A DNA stretch of 64,000 nucleotides from Deltaproteobacteria bacterium (GTDB lineage Bacteria > Myxococcota > XYA12-FULL-58-9 > JABJBS01): the NCBI GenBank assembly GCA_018668695.1, contig JABJBS010000308.1, forward strand, positions 1,430 through 65,429, written 5' to 3'. Numbering within the stretch: the stretch's first letter is position 1; each line of letters begins with the position of its first letter. A program made the position numbers and the translations under genes. The notes under the pieces are model-generated. The model searched no databases. It was given only the letters and a program-made list of their open reading frames with translations, and had not been told where the DNA came from. Below are positions 8,986 through 18,128 of the stretch, piece after piece.

Positions 8986-11900
8986 TTACTGCAACGAGCC
9001 AGTCATTCGGTAATAACTCCCAGTACGGTCGAGAGACCCATTCGTTAAGCCCCATACCTCGCTTTGTGGCAAACCAGCCAAACCGCCAACATCAAATTCC
9101 GGCAACGGAATCGAACCTACTGCAGCGCTTAAAAGCTGAGGAACAACCAGCCTGAGAACCTCGGTAAAGAGGTCACTCATCGGTCCTTGGAAGGATGGCT
9201 CATCGATATCGACCACTTGCACCCAGATATCAGGGTCGTCGTCTAAAGAGACGATCAAGGAGTTGGTCGTAGGGTCAATATCTAAGAAACCACCAATGAT
9301 GGTTGACAGATAAAGTGAGACATTTATGTTTCCGAAGCCCTCGATATTCACCGCGGCATCAATCAGCACATCGCCGAGACCGATTTGAATTTCATTAGCA
9401 CCTTCGCCCGGCATCAGTACCGGAGGCGAGAGTGCGTCGAATGACAGGGATATATTGTCAAAAGCTCCCCCACCACTTGTTTGACCTCCGCCGCAGACAC
9501 AACACATTGTGCCTGAGGTAAAATCACCATCGTCATAATTTCCACACCAAGAAGGGGAAGCCGCATACTCCGCACAGCCATCACCGTAAGGGTCAGTGGC
9601 TCCATTGTCAGTATCGGCGCAAGTCGCTTCACTGCCATCGTCCAGGAGTGAGCTCAAATCCGAAATATTCAAACCGCCGCCATACCACATTCCCCAAAGC
9701 ACTTGGTTGATGAGATCATCTTTTAAGCCCACTCCAAATGCGTACGACGAGCTGCTAAATGCTGGGGTGCTACCGTTCTTACGAACCGAGCCTCTGCTAT
9801 CCCAAGGAATGGTCGCGCCCCGCGATGATGGATAAACCTGAGTATAAAGCCCCAAATCACCGTAGCCAGAGCCAGCTGGCCCGCTGAAACCGAGCATATC
9901 CAACGCAGAAGAAAGGTTCAGTGAGATGTTGACCGGCGCCGGTATATCGATTGCCGTAGCCACTTCAAAACCCGATAAGAAGTCTTGTAAAAGCGGTGCC
10001 ACTTGCTCGCGCACCGCACTGGAAAGCTCATCTTCAATTTGACTCTCAAAGATACCCACAATGGCATTCACAATGGGGTTCACCAGAAAATCGATGAAAT
10101 CCAGCGCTCCAAAATCCATGTCGATATAGAGGCCGCTGATATCTACGGCTAAGCAGCTGTTGCAAATCGATACGTTTGGAGAGGTTCCTGAAAGAGAAAT
10201 ATCAATGGAGCCCGCTATACTCACAGAGCTTGCTTCAACATCACCATAGATATTGAGCCCCGTCTCACCCAAGCATCCAGTATCCAAATGCCCATGAACC
10301 TTAAGCGGGAGGTTAAGATTATTCATCCCCATGCTCAGGGCGACTCCACCGTCTTCAGCCACAATATAATCGATAACAGGCGAGGTATAACTAAATATAC
10401 CGTTCTTGGTAATCTTATAGCCGGTTCTTTGATTCGTCTCTGTCCAAAAAACGCAGTTATAGCTCGTCGAATCAATATTCCCGTCGCCATTGCTATCTGG
10501 GTCGACCGCAAGCGTTCCTGGAATAGCGGCATTCAAATCAATATTTTGAACCACCGCCTGAGCTAGAGATGCTACGTCATCGATATCGCTGCGGTTACCA
10601 TCATCCATCACGGCTTGATTTAGCCTTGCGACCATCCCCTGGCTTACTCGAGCCGAAGAAACAGCGCCTGTAACAGCCGGGAAATATTGACCGCTTCTTG
10701 TAAAAGATTGAGCTACGACCGCATAGTTACCGCAGCTATCCTCAGCTGTGGCTGTGACCACGTTCAGCCCCCAGCGCGAGGACTGACTCACATCGATAGC
10801 CAGGTTAGTCTGTGTACCATCTGGCGCAAGCGATGTTCCATTCACTGTGGCCACCGTGAGCTCGCTCACTGAATCTACAATCGTTCCGGTCACGTTCACA
10901 TTGAGATCGGACGTTGAGCCAATCATGAGCATCTCAGCGCGCGTTGGGCTACTGAACACGACGGTTGGCGGAGTGGAATCTACGCGAATGGATGAGTAAC
11001 TTGGTTGAATTGTTGAATCCGGGTGCAATGGACCTGCTACTGAAACAACCGTGTCAAAATCGCCCTCGCTTGCCACTTCGAACACCCCAGGTGACGTTTC
11101 AGTCACAGCACCCGCAGGCGTAGACGTTACCTGGATATCGGCATCGACAACTTCATTGCCCCAAAAGTCATAAACAGAAGCGGTGAACGGGAAGCTTCTC
11201 CCCTGCCAATAACAATCCTGCTCAAGAAGGCTGGACGCCCACACATAAGGTAAACCTGGATGGACTGTTACCAAGGGCGGATTTTCATCTTCGGCATCGT
11301 AACCAATCACACCGCAAACAACATATAGGTAGCCCGCACCCGTGGCAGAGAACCCTGTAGTATTTTGAGAAACACCATAGCTCGCAGGCAAAGATCCATT
11401 GGCAGGCGTTACTTCAAAATAAGTATCGAAACCCGTAACGGGGTTGCCGAAAGCGTCTGTCATACTACAGCCAACATCGACAACTGACGTCGGAGTTGTA
11501 TCGCTGCTTGATAGTGTTGTTTCGGTGTAGGCCGGTGGACCCGCCCCTACAGTTATCGTTTCAGCGGTTGCATCAACCAAGGCATCCAGCGTGCACGCAA
11601 CGGTGTATGACCCCACGAAAGTAGCGATGAGGCTGAAACGCCCGCCTCCCACATCTGTGATTTCCACACCCTCGCTAACGTTTAGGCCCAGACCATCGGG
11701 TTGTAAAACAGGGTTACCGTAAGAATCGAAAGCATCACAAGCAACATACGCTCTCTCACCAGCAGAGGTTTGCGTCACCTCAGGAACAGTTTCAACTTGG
11801 GCTGCACCTGAGGGGGCAACAGTAAACCAAGCACCATCGCCATCGAGAACCACACCGTCGGCCGTTGCACATCGAGCCTGGTAGTAACCAGCGGAAGTTG

Positions 11901-12642
11901 GCGTTAAGGTTGCCCCGTTATCATTTACGGTCATATCGACGACGGCGGGAAAGACTTCCACCATGACCGGCACATCGGAGACGGTTTGGCCCGAGAGTGC
12001 AACCGAGCAAACAACATTCAAAGAGCCGCCAGCCACCAAGTTAGACGAGGTTAAAGCAGTGCTAATGGTATAGCGCTTGTCCACCGCAACACGCACCCCG
12101 CCTTGGGATGTGTTACCGGCAAGATCTGTGGCGACGACGCGTATCATCGGGAAGGTCATGCCTGCCCCCACGGAAGCCACGCTTACGGTACCGCTCCATG
12201 TCCCATCCTCATTGCTGGTAATCGTTCCGGCGGCAATATTTTCAGCTTCTAAAGTTACGCTTGCAGGATCAACACCGTCTGCATCCTCGATGGTCACCGA
12301 GACAGAGACGTCACCGTCCACCTGAGCATAAGCCTCAGGTGCTAAGAACGTAATCGTCGGTCCCGGGTTCACTGGTTCGGGCTCGATGTCAGGCTCTGGC
12401 TCTGGCTCGGGGTCTGGCTCGGGGTCTGGTTCAGGGTCTGGTTCAGGGTCCGGCTCGGGGTCTGGTTCGGGCTCCGGCTCGGGAGAGACGCAATCGCCTT
12501 CGACACAGTTTTCCCCCTCCGCGCATTCACTGGCATCTTCACAGTTTGTCGCAATTTGCCCCGGTGTGGTCTCACTTCCACAAGCACTCAGCGCCAAGAG
12601 GACCAGCAACCCTACCCAGTGATACAATTTGGATACTCTCAT
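8986..12642 (-). CDS. Giant lipoprotein: PE/PD linker, Ig-like domain array, C-terminal BPI/LBP-like (TULIP-like) module with a Cys-rich insert
   Basis: Lipobox LLALSAC, followed by CEDASECAEGENCVEGDC and a PEPD linker. The middle shows repeated beta-rich segments (VDSTPPTVVFSSP). From GMVARLNQ (aa ~669) the C-terminus is collinear with the recalled BPI/LBP sequence. It is a paralog of the upstream gene, and both end in (Y/I)RMTGSLQ. Confidence 0.7.
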   Translation of the reverse strand: MRVSKLYHWVGLLVLLALSACGSETTPGQIATNCEDASECAEGENCVEGDCVSPEPEPEPDPEPDPEPDPEPDPEPDPEPEPEPDIEPEPVNPGPTITFLAPEAYAQVDGDVSVSVTIEDADGVDPASVTLEAENIAAGTITSNEDGTWSGTVSVASVGAGMTFPMIRVVATDLAGNTSQGGVRVAVDKRYTISTALTSSNLVAGGSLNVVCSVALSGQTVSDVPVMVEVFPAVVDMTVNDNGATLTPTSAGYYQARCATADGVVLDGDGAWFTVAPSGAAQVETVPEVTQTSAGERAYVACDAFDSYGNPVLQPDGLGLNVSEGVEITDVGGGRFSLIATFVGSYTVACTLDALVDATAETITVGAGPPAYTETTLSSSDTTPTSVVDVGCSMTDAFGNPVTGFDTYFEVTPANGSLPASYGVSQNTTGFSATGAGYLYVVCGVIGYDAEDENPPLVTVHPGLPYVWASSLLEQDCYWQGRSFPFTASVYDFWGNEVVDADIQVTSTPAGAVTETSPGVFEVASEGDFDTVVSVAGPLHPDSTIQPSYSSIRVDSTPPTVVFSSPTRAEMLMIGSTSDLNVNVTGTIVDSVSELTVATVNGTSLAPDGTQTNLAIDVSQSSRWGLNVVTATAEDSCGNYAVVAQSFTRSGQYFPAVTGAVSSARVSQGMVARLNQAVMDDGNRSDIDDVASLAQAVVQNIDLNAAIPGTLAVDPDSNGDGNIDSTSYNCVFWTETNQRTGYKITKNGIFSYTSPVIDYIVAEDGGVALSMGMNNLNLPLKVHGHLDTGCLGETGLNIYGDVEASSVSIAGSIDISLSGTSPNVSICNSCLAVDISGLYIDMDFGALDFIDFLVNPIVNAIVGIFESQIEDELSSAVREQVAPLLQDFLSGFEVATAIDIPAPVNISLNLSSALDMLGFSGPAGSGYGDLGLYTQVYPSSRGATIPWDSRGSVRKNGSTPAFSSSSYAFGVGLKDDLINQVLWGMWYGGGLNISDLSSLLDDGSEATCADTDNGATDPYGDGCAEYAASPSWCGNYDDGDFTSGTMCCVCGGGQTSGGGAFDNISLSFDALSPPVLMPGEGANEIQIGLGDVLIDAAVNIEGFGNINVSLYLSTIIGGFLDIDPTTNSLIVSLDDDPDIWVQVVDIDEPSFQGPMSDLFTEVLRLVVPQLLSAAVGSIPLPEFDVGGLAGLPQSEVWGLTNGSLDRTGSYYRMTGSLQ
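12373..12484 (-). repeat. Low-complexity 6/12-nt periodic repeat encoding the (PE/PD)n linker
   Basis: The plus strand reads ggttcgggctc...ggctctggctctggctcggggtctggctcggggtctggttcagggtctgg... It encodes PEPEPEPDPEPDPEPDPEPDPEPDPEPEPEPDIEPEP. Confidence 0.9.
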
Positions 12643-15600
12643 TGCAGGCTCCCTGTCATCCGAATGTAATCGTTTTTACGGGCGATGGTCACATCACCAA
12701 TTGTCCAGCTGGCGTTGCTATCGAGTCCTGCCAATCCTCCTAAGTCAAACTCAGGAATCGGAAAGGACGAGAGAACGCTCTCCAGTAATTCAGGTATCAC
12801 CAGTGCCATAATACTGGACATCAACTGACTGATCTCTGCTTGGTAAGCAGACTGAGAAATCTCAACCACCTCAACCGCAATGGTGGGATCACCGTCGATG
12901 CTAATCTGAATGGCATGGTTGACCGGATCATAATCAAATGAAGCACCCATGACCGCCGATAGATAAAGGCGTACATCGATTTCCTGGGCCGCTGGTGTTT
13001 CCACTCCAAGTGCATCGGCTAGATTAAGGCTGGCCGTAAGCTCCATATCCCCTATGCCGATTTCAATATCGTTGCCGTTTCGCCCAGGCATCACAACGGG
13101 CGGCAACCCTGCCGACATTCCGAGTTCAACTCCATTGATGTTTGCAGTCGGGACCAGGCCTACAATATCAGGAATCTCAAAAGCGCCTCCGTACCAAATA
13201 GACCACATGATTTGATTCAACGTATTGTCAGATAAACCCACGCCAACCGGATAATTCGGACCAAAAGCAGGCGCCTCATTCGAACGGACAATGGCACCCA
13301 ATGAAGTTGCCGGAATCCCATCGCCTCTTTCCGATGGATAAACCTGGGTGTAAAGCCCAAGGGTCCCGTATCCTGCACCGGCCGGGCCAGAAAAATCTGC
13401 ACCACTCATCCCGCTATAGATGTTGAGTGTCATCCCAATCGGTTCGGGAATATCAAATCCGGTTCCCAAGCTTAGGCCACCGAGCACACTCCCAAGCAAG
13501 TCCGGTACGAGAGCCCGTATTTGAGCCCCGAGAAGCGCTTCGACCGGATCTTCCACTGCTGTCGCCAAATTAGTGAGTAGCTCGTTAATCATCTCATCCA
13601 TGAAACTCAGTGAGCCCCAATTGAAATCAAAAACGACATTGTTGAAATCGATAGCCAAGCACGTTTCACAAACCGACACTGTAGGAGCCGCTCCGTCAAA
13701 ACCAATCGAGCCCTCACCATCAGCACCAATGAAACCGATTCTTACTTCACCGGTAATCGTCTCGACGATTTGGCCACCACATCCCATATCCAGCGACGCA
13801 TGGATTTCAAGCGGCAAAACCAAGCTCTCCATTGAGAAGCCAAAACCCAGGGCATCTTCAACAGCCGTCAAGTGTTCTAATGTGGGATCACCATGCTGGA
13901 GGGCACCAATTTTCTTAACCCAGAAACCGGTCACCTCTTGTGTCACCGTCTCCCCAGAGCAGGTATAAGTGGCTGTTTGTAATTGGTCGCTGCCGTCATT
14001 CGCATTTTCAGGCGAAAAAACCAAGGTGCCGGGCAGTGCTGAATCCAGAGTAAAATCACCAAATATCGTCTGCACTAAAGTCGCTAAATCATCCACGTCC
14101 TGGCGATACTCATCGTCGATGGCCATTTGATTCAAGCGAACAATCATACCATCGAGCACGATGGCTTCTGAGTCAGCTTCTGTGGAGGCCGCTGCGTAAT
14201 TTGGACTTCGTAGAAAAGACTGCTGAGCAACCTTCTTGTTACCGCAGGCATCGGTTGCCGATGTTTCAAACACGCTCAAGCCCCACCGACTGGAGTGTTC
14301 AGCTTCGAAAGCTTCAGTTAATGACGTGCCCGAAACATCGAGCTTACGGCCATCAATTCGCACTTCCTCCAGCTTACTTAGGCTATCCGTGACCGTGCCA
14401 GTAATCGTGACCAATGTATCTTCTTCACTGCCTTCAACAAGCATAGCTCCCCGAACAGGAGAAGTTATCGCAACTTCCGGCGGGGTCGAGTCGACTCTGA
14501 TATTCGCGTAAAATGGCGAGATCAAAGCGAACGGGTCGAGATCTCCCTGTAAGCCCACAGTGATGTCGTAATCACCTTCTTCGTTAAAAATAAGTCCGCC
14601 ATCCAAGGTTCCAACCACACCTGAAGAAGGTGTAACGGAGACATCCAAAATAGGCTCGGCAATCAGGTTACCCCAGCGATCCAACACAGTGACCTCAATC
14701 GGTAACTCAAGCCCCTGCATGAAACAGTCGTAATCAAGTAAATCGACGTTCCAGCTAAAGGGTAAGCCCCCTTTGATTTTCACGATGGACGGACTCTCAT
14801 CACCAGCGAAATAACCGGGCACAGAACAAAAGACATAGTAGTCGCCCGTAATAACCGCGCTCACATTATGATCCGTTACCAAAGCTCCATTTTGAGAAGC
14901 CGTGGTTCCATCGGCCGCGAGCACAGAAACGACTGTGTCATAACCTTCCAAAAGGTTTCCGTAGGTGTCTGTGACCTCGCAGCTCACAGCAACCGGATCT
15001 GTAGGCAAGGCCTCGCCTGTAGAAAGCGTCGTGTGAGAGAACGCAGGCAAGCCTGCTCGGACGACAATGGTCTCAGGAGTTGGGTCAACGACCTCGCCAA
15101 ATCGGCAAGCAATGTCGTATTCCCCGACCAGCGTACCTCGCACGACGAAATCAAGGCCCAATGGAGGCTCAATAATCAACTCAACTGCGTGGTCGAGGTT
15201 AAGTAAATTCCCGTTTTCAAGAGCAGCAATATCAATAATCTCATTATCGTACTCATCATGAGCAACACAGCCCACTGCCCCAGGTACACCGGACACCAGA
15301 GTGTTATCCGAAACACTGGTCTCGATACGAACGATGTCCGCTGGTGTTACCGTGAGTGTTGCCCCCTGGCTATCGGCGACTTCACGCCCCGCGGTCATAC
15401 ATTGAACCGAAAACTCACCCGCTTGAGTTGGGGTAAACGAAGCCGACACGCCGCTTACCGTTATACTTTCCACCATGGGTGAAACGACCACCGCAATTGG
15501 GATGTCTGTAAGCTGCTCACGATCACGGCTGACGATACAAGTCACCTGAGCTGGTTCGCCCGCGTGAATGGTTGCATCAGCGAGGAAGGTCTCCACCACA

Positions 15601-15734
15601 ACACCTTCAAGGTTCACCACCTCGGTGCCGGTGGGTTCATCACCAGTCGTGTCGGAACCAGGGGTTACCCGATTCGTTCCACAGCCGACCAATGAGACAA
15701 CAATCGTTACGACGAGCGAGAATCGTAAAAACAT
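12639..15734 (-). CDS. Giant lipoprotein paralog: Ig-like domain array plus C-terminal BPI/LBP-like (TULIP-like) module
   Basis: Lipobox VSLVGC. It has the same domain order as the downstream gene (VDSTPPEVAITSP, SRWGLSVFETSATDACGN, GMIVRLNQ..., ...YIRMTGSLQ). Its TGA overlaps the downstream ATG (ATGA at 12639-12642). Confidence 0.7.
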   Translation of the reverse strand: MFLRFSLVVTIVVSLVGCGTNRVTPGSDTTGDEPTGTEVVNLEGVVVETFLADATIHAGEPAQVTCIVSRDREQLTDIPIAVVVSPMVESITVSGVSASFTPTQAGEFSVQCMTAGREVADSQGATLTVTPADIVRIETSVSDNTLVSGVPGAVGCVAHDEYDNEIIDIAALENGNLLNLDHAVELIIEPPLGLDFVVRGTLVGEYDIACRFGEVVDPTPETIVVRAGLPAFSHTTLSTGEALPTDPVAVSCEVTDTYGNLLEGYDTVVSVLAADGTTASQNGALVTDHNVSAVITGDYYVFCSVPGYFAGDESPSIVKIKGGLPFSWNVDLLDYDCFMQGLELPIEVTVLDRWGNLIAEPILDVSVTPSSGVVGTLDGGLIFNEEGDYDITVGLQGDLDPFALISPFYANIRVDSTPPEVAITSPVRGAMLVEGSEEDTLVTITGTVTDSLSKLEEVRIDGRKLDVSGTSLTEAFEAEHSSRWGLSVFETSATDACGNKKVAQQSFLRSPNYAAASTEADSEAIVLDGMIVRLNQMAIDDEYRQDVDDLATLVQTIFGDFTLDSALPGTLVFSPENANDGSDQLQTATYTCSGETVTQEVTGFWVKKIGALQHGDPTLEHLTAVEDALGFGFSMESLVLPLEIHASLDMGCGGQIVETITGEVRIGFIGADGEGSIGFDGAAPTVSVCETCLAIDFNNVVFDFNWGSLSFMDEMINELLTNLATAVEDPVEALLGAQIRALVPDLLGSVLGGLSLGTGFDIPEPIGMTLNIYSGMSGADFSGPAGAGYGTLGLYTQVYPSERGDGIPATSLGAIVRSNEAPAFGPNYPVGVGLSDNTLNQIMWSIWYGGAFEIPDIVGLVPTANINGVELGMSAGLPPVVMPGRNGNDIEIGIGDMELTASLNLADALGVETPAAQEIDVRLYLSAVMGASFDYDPVNHAIQISIDGDPTIAVEVVEISQSAYQAEISQLMSSIMALVIPELLESVLSSFPIPEFDLGGLAGLDSNASWTIGDVTIARKNDYIRMTGSLQ

Positions 15735-15920
15735 CGAACAATCTCCAATTCGAGTACGCAGGTAAATACTCTATCGCTCCATGGCGGTGCTCGCACCCGG
15801 AAATAGCGAGAAATCATAGATTTTTTGAGCGGTGTACCGACTTCTTCCTAGATTTCTCTGACACGTGATCCCTCACCGGGGCTCAAAGCCACTTTGGTTT
15901 AGCAGGTGGCTACTAAGGCC

Positions 15921-15961
15921 AAAAAAAAGCCGGCCCAAGACGATTAAGGTCTCGGGCCGGC
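15921..15961 (-). terminator. Rho-independent terminator downstream of the acyl-CoA synthetase gene
   Basis: The 13-bp stem pairs gccggcccaagac (15929-15941) with gtctcgggccggc (15949-15961), with one mismatch and a 7-nt loop. An A8 run on the plus strand (15921-15928) gives a U8 tail on the minus-strand transcript. The structure sits 25 nt after the stop codon. Confidence 0.85.
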
Positions 15962-15985
15962 TATCATTCTGTTTCTACGAGACAA

Positions 15986-17764
15986 TCAGTCCACGTACAT
16001 TGCCTCAATTTCACTGGCAAAGCTCTCATTTACGGCGTTGCGCTTTACTTTGAGAGTTGGGGTGAGTTCACCCTCTTCGATACTCAAAGGTCGCTTAAGA
16101 ACCGTGAACTTACGCACATGCTCAACCCTGGCGAACTTCTCATTGGTCTTGTCGACACCTGCCTGCAGGTGACTGCGCAACTGAGAGTTCTCGAGGGCAC
16201 CATCTACCGGCACACCGTTGTCTGCACACCATTTATCAAGCGCATCGGGATCGATGCTCAGAAGAGCACTGATAAACTTCCGGCGATCGCCAATTAGAAC
16301 GGCTTCGCCAACAACATCAATATTCTTCAACGAAGACTCAATGTTCTTAGGCGTAATGTTCTTACCACCGGCAGTGATAATGATGTCTTTCTTACGACCG
16401 GTAATGTTGAGGTAGCCGTCGGCATCGAAAGCACCGAGGTCACCCGAGTGCAACCAGCCATCAATGAGCGTAGCCGCTGTATTATCATCGTCCTTGTAGT
16501 AGCCCGCAAAAACATTGGGGCCCTTCAAACAGATTTCTCCATCTTCAGCGATGCGTACTTCAGCGCCCGGTAAAACTGGGCCAACTGTGCCATAACGTGT
16601 CCGTCCTGGAACATTAAAGCTCGTGGGTCCGGTACCTTCTGACTGTCCGTAGACCTCATGCACAATAATGTCGAGACTCGCGAAAAACTCTAAAATTTCC
16701 TGTGAAATTGGAGCAGCACCGCTGACACAAACGCGGGCTCTTCCAAGTCCCAAAGCAGGCTTAAGCTTCGAAAAAATAATTTTCTGAGCAAGAGCGTACT
16801 GGAGGCCTAAAACACCACTGGGCGTTCGTCCTGCGTTGCGTTCGGTATTAGCGCGCGTGGCCACACCACGTGCCCAAGTTACAAGCTTTGCTTTTGTTCC
16901 TGTTGCCAATTCAAGCTTACCAGTTACACCTGCGTGAAACTTCTCCCAGATTCTCGGTACACCGAAAAACACGGTAGGCTGAACTTCTTTTACGTTTTCG
17001 GGAACGGCCTCGATCGACTCAGCAAAATAAACTGAGGCACCCGCCGTAATCGGTCCGTGAATCGAGAACATCTGCTCTGCAATATGTGAGAGCGGCAGAT
17101 AACTGAGGCTACAGTCGTGCGCGCGCAGGGAAACAAGCCCTTGAGCGATTTGAGACGTCCACGCTAGGTTTTTATGCGTCAGCATCACGCCTTTTGGCGG
17201 ACCCGTCGTGCCGGACGTGTAAATAAGCGTAGCCGTTTTGTCTTCTTCAAGTTTCGCAATATGAAGATCGACTTCTTCGTCTTTCGTGCCTTCTGCACGT
17301 GCCATGAACTCGTCCCAGCTCATCACCAACTCATCGTCGATTGCTGGCGCGTCCTTCATCATCACCACGTGCTTTAACTTAGGTAAATTCGCACGTTCCG
17401 ACTTAACCTTTTCCCACTGACCTTCGTCTTCAAGCAGAACAACCGGCGCTTCGGCATGATGGAGGATATACTGAACTTCCTCTGCAGAGCAGGTGGTATA
17501 AATACCCGCTGGAGCACCGCCCACCGCCATGTTTGCGATATCCATGATGACCCACTCAGGACGGTTGAATCCCAAAATGCAAACGGTCTCTCCGTCACCT
17601 ATTCCAAGCGATAGAAGCGCTCGTGTCGCGGTTCGTACCTCACCAACATAATCGCGCCAGGTTGTTGGGCGCCAACTCCCACTTTGGCGAATGTAATAAG
17701 CAGGAGAGTCAGGGCGAATTCGACCCTGCTCCATGAATCGTGCGGGAATTGTATCTACAGGCAT
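15986..17764 (-). CDS. Long-chain-fatty-acid--CoA ligase (AMP-forming acyl-CoA synthetase)
   Basis: AMP-binding motif LIYTSGTTGPPKGVMLTHKN, plus VYGQSEGTGP, GWLHSGDLGAFDADGYLNITGRKKDII and GGKNITP. The 592-aa length is typical of the FadD/FAA1 type. Confidence 0.85.
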   Translation of the reverse strand: MPVDTIPARFMEQGRIRPDSPAYYIRQSGSWRPTTWRDYVGEVRTATRALLSLGIGDGETVCILGFNRPEWVIMDIANMAVGGAPAGIYTTCSAEEVQYILHHAEAPVVLLEDEGQWEKVKSERANLPKLKHVVMMKDAPAIDDELVMSWDEFMARAEGTKDEEVDLHIAKLEEDKTATLIYTSGTTGPPKGVMLTHKNLAWTSQIAQGLVSLRAHDCSLSYLPLSHIAEQMFSIHGPITAGASVYFAESIEAVPENVKEVQPTVFFGVPRIWEKFHAGVTGKLELATGTKAKLVTWARGVATRANTERNAGRTPSGVLGLQYALAQKIIFSKLKPALGLGRARVCVSGAAPISQEILEFFASLDIIVHEVYGQSEGTGPTSFNVPGRTRYGTVGPVLPGAEVRIAEDGEICLKGPNVFAGYYKDDDNTAATLIDGWLHSGDLGAFDADGYLNITGRKKDIIITAGGKNITPKNIESSLKNIDVVGEAVLIGDRRKFISALLSIDPDALDKWCADNGVPVDGALENSQLRSHLQAGVDKTNEKFARVEHVRKFTVLKRPLSIEEGELTPTLKVKRNAVNESFASEIEAMYVD

Positions 17765-18128
17765 ATCAGCAGTAACCTCACTTAATTAAAAACGTCTTGG
17801 AACCCAGGTTTTATCCTCAATGAAACACCCGATTCAAGAAGAGCCTATTGTATTTGGTCTTACCAAAGCCAAAGAACTCGTCTCGCGCCGGCTTTCCTCA
17901 ACAAATAACTCCATATTTCCAAAACCTTGAAAACAATTGATGTTTTTATCATTTCTCAAGAAAATGACACGCTCCGTCATAGCACGGGAGGATTTCATTC
18001 CCAAATCACTGGGTTTCGAAATACGGATCCACGCGAAGTTCTGTCCCAAAAACCAGTAGAACTTTCAAAGCTACTGAAAATTATGGAAAAAACTTTACAG
18101 ACCCCCTCTGATCTACGACCCTTTAAGT

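Noticed and set aside
12386-12622. Plus-strand ORF encoding (GS)n
   Set aside because: It is the antisense reading of the PE/PD linker repeat inside the 1218-aa lipoprotein gene, so it is a compositional artefact.
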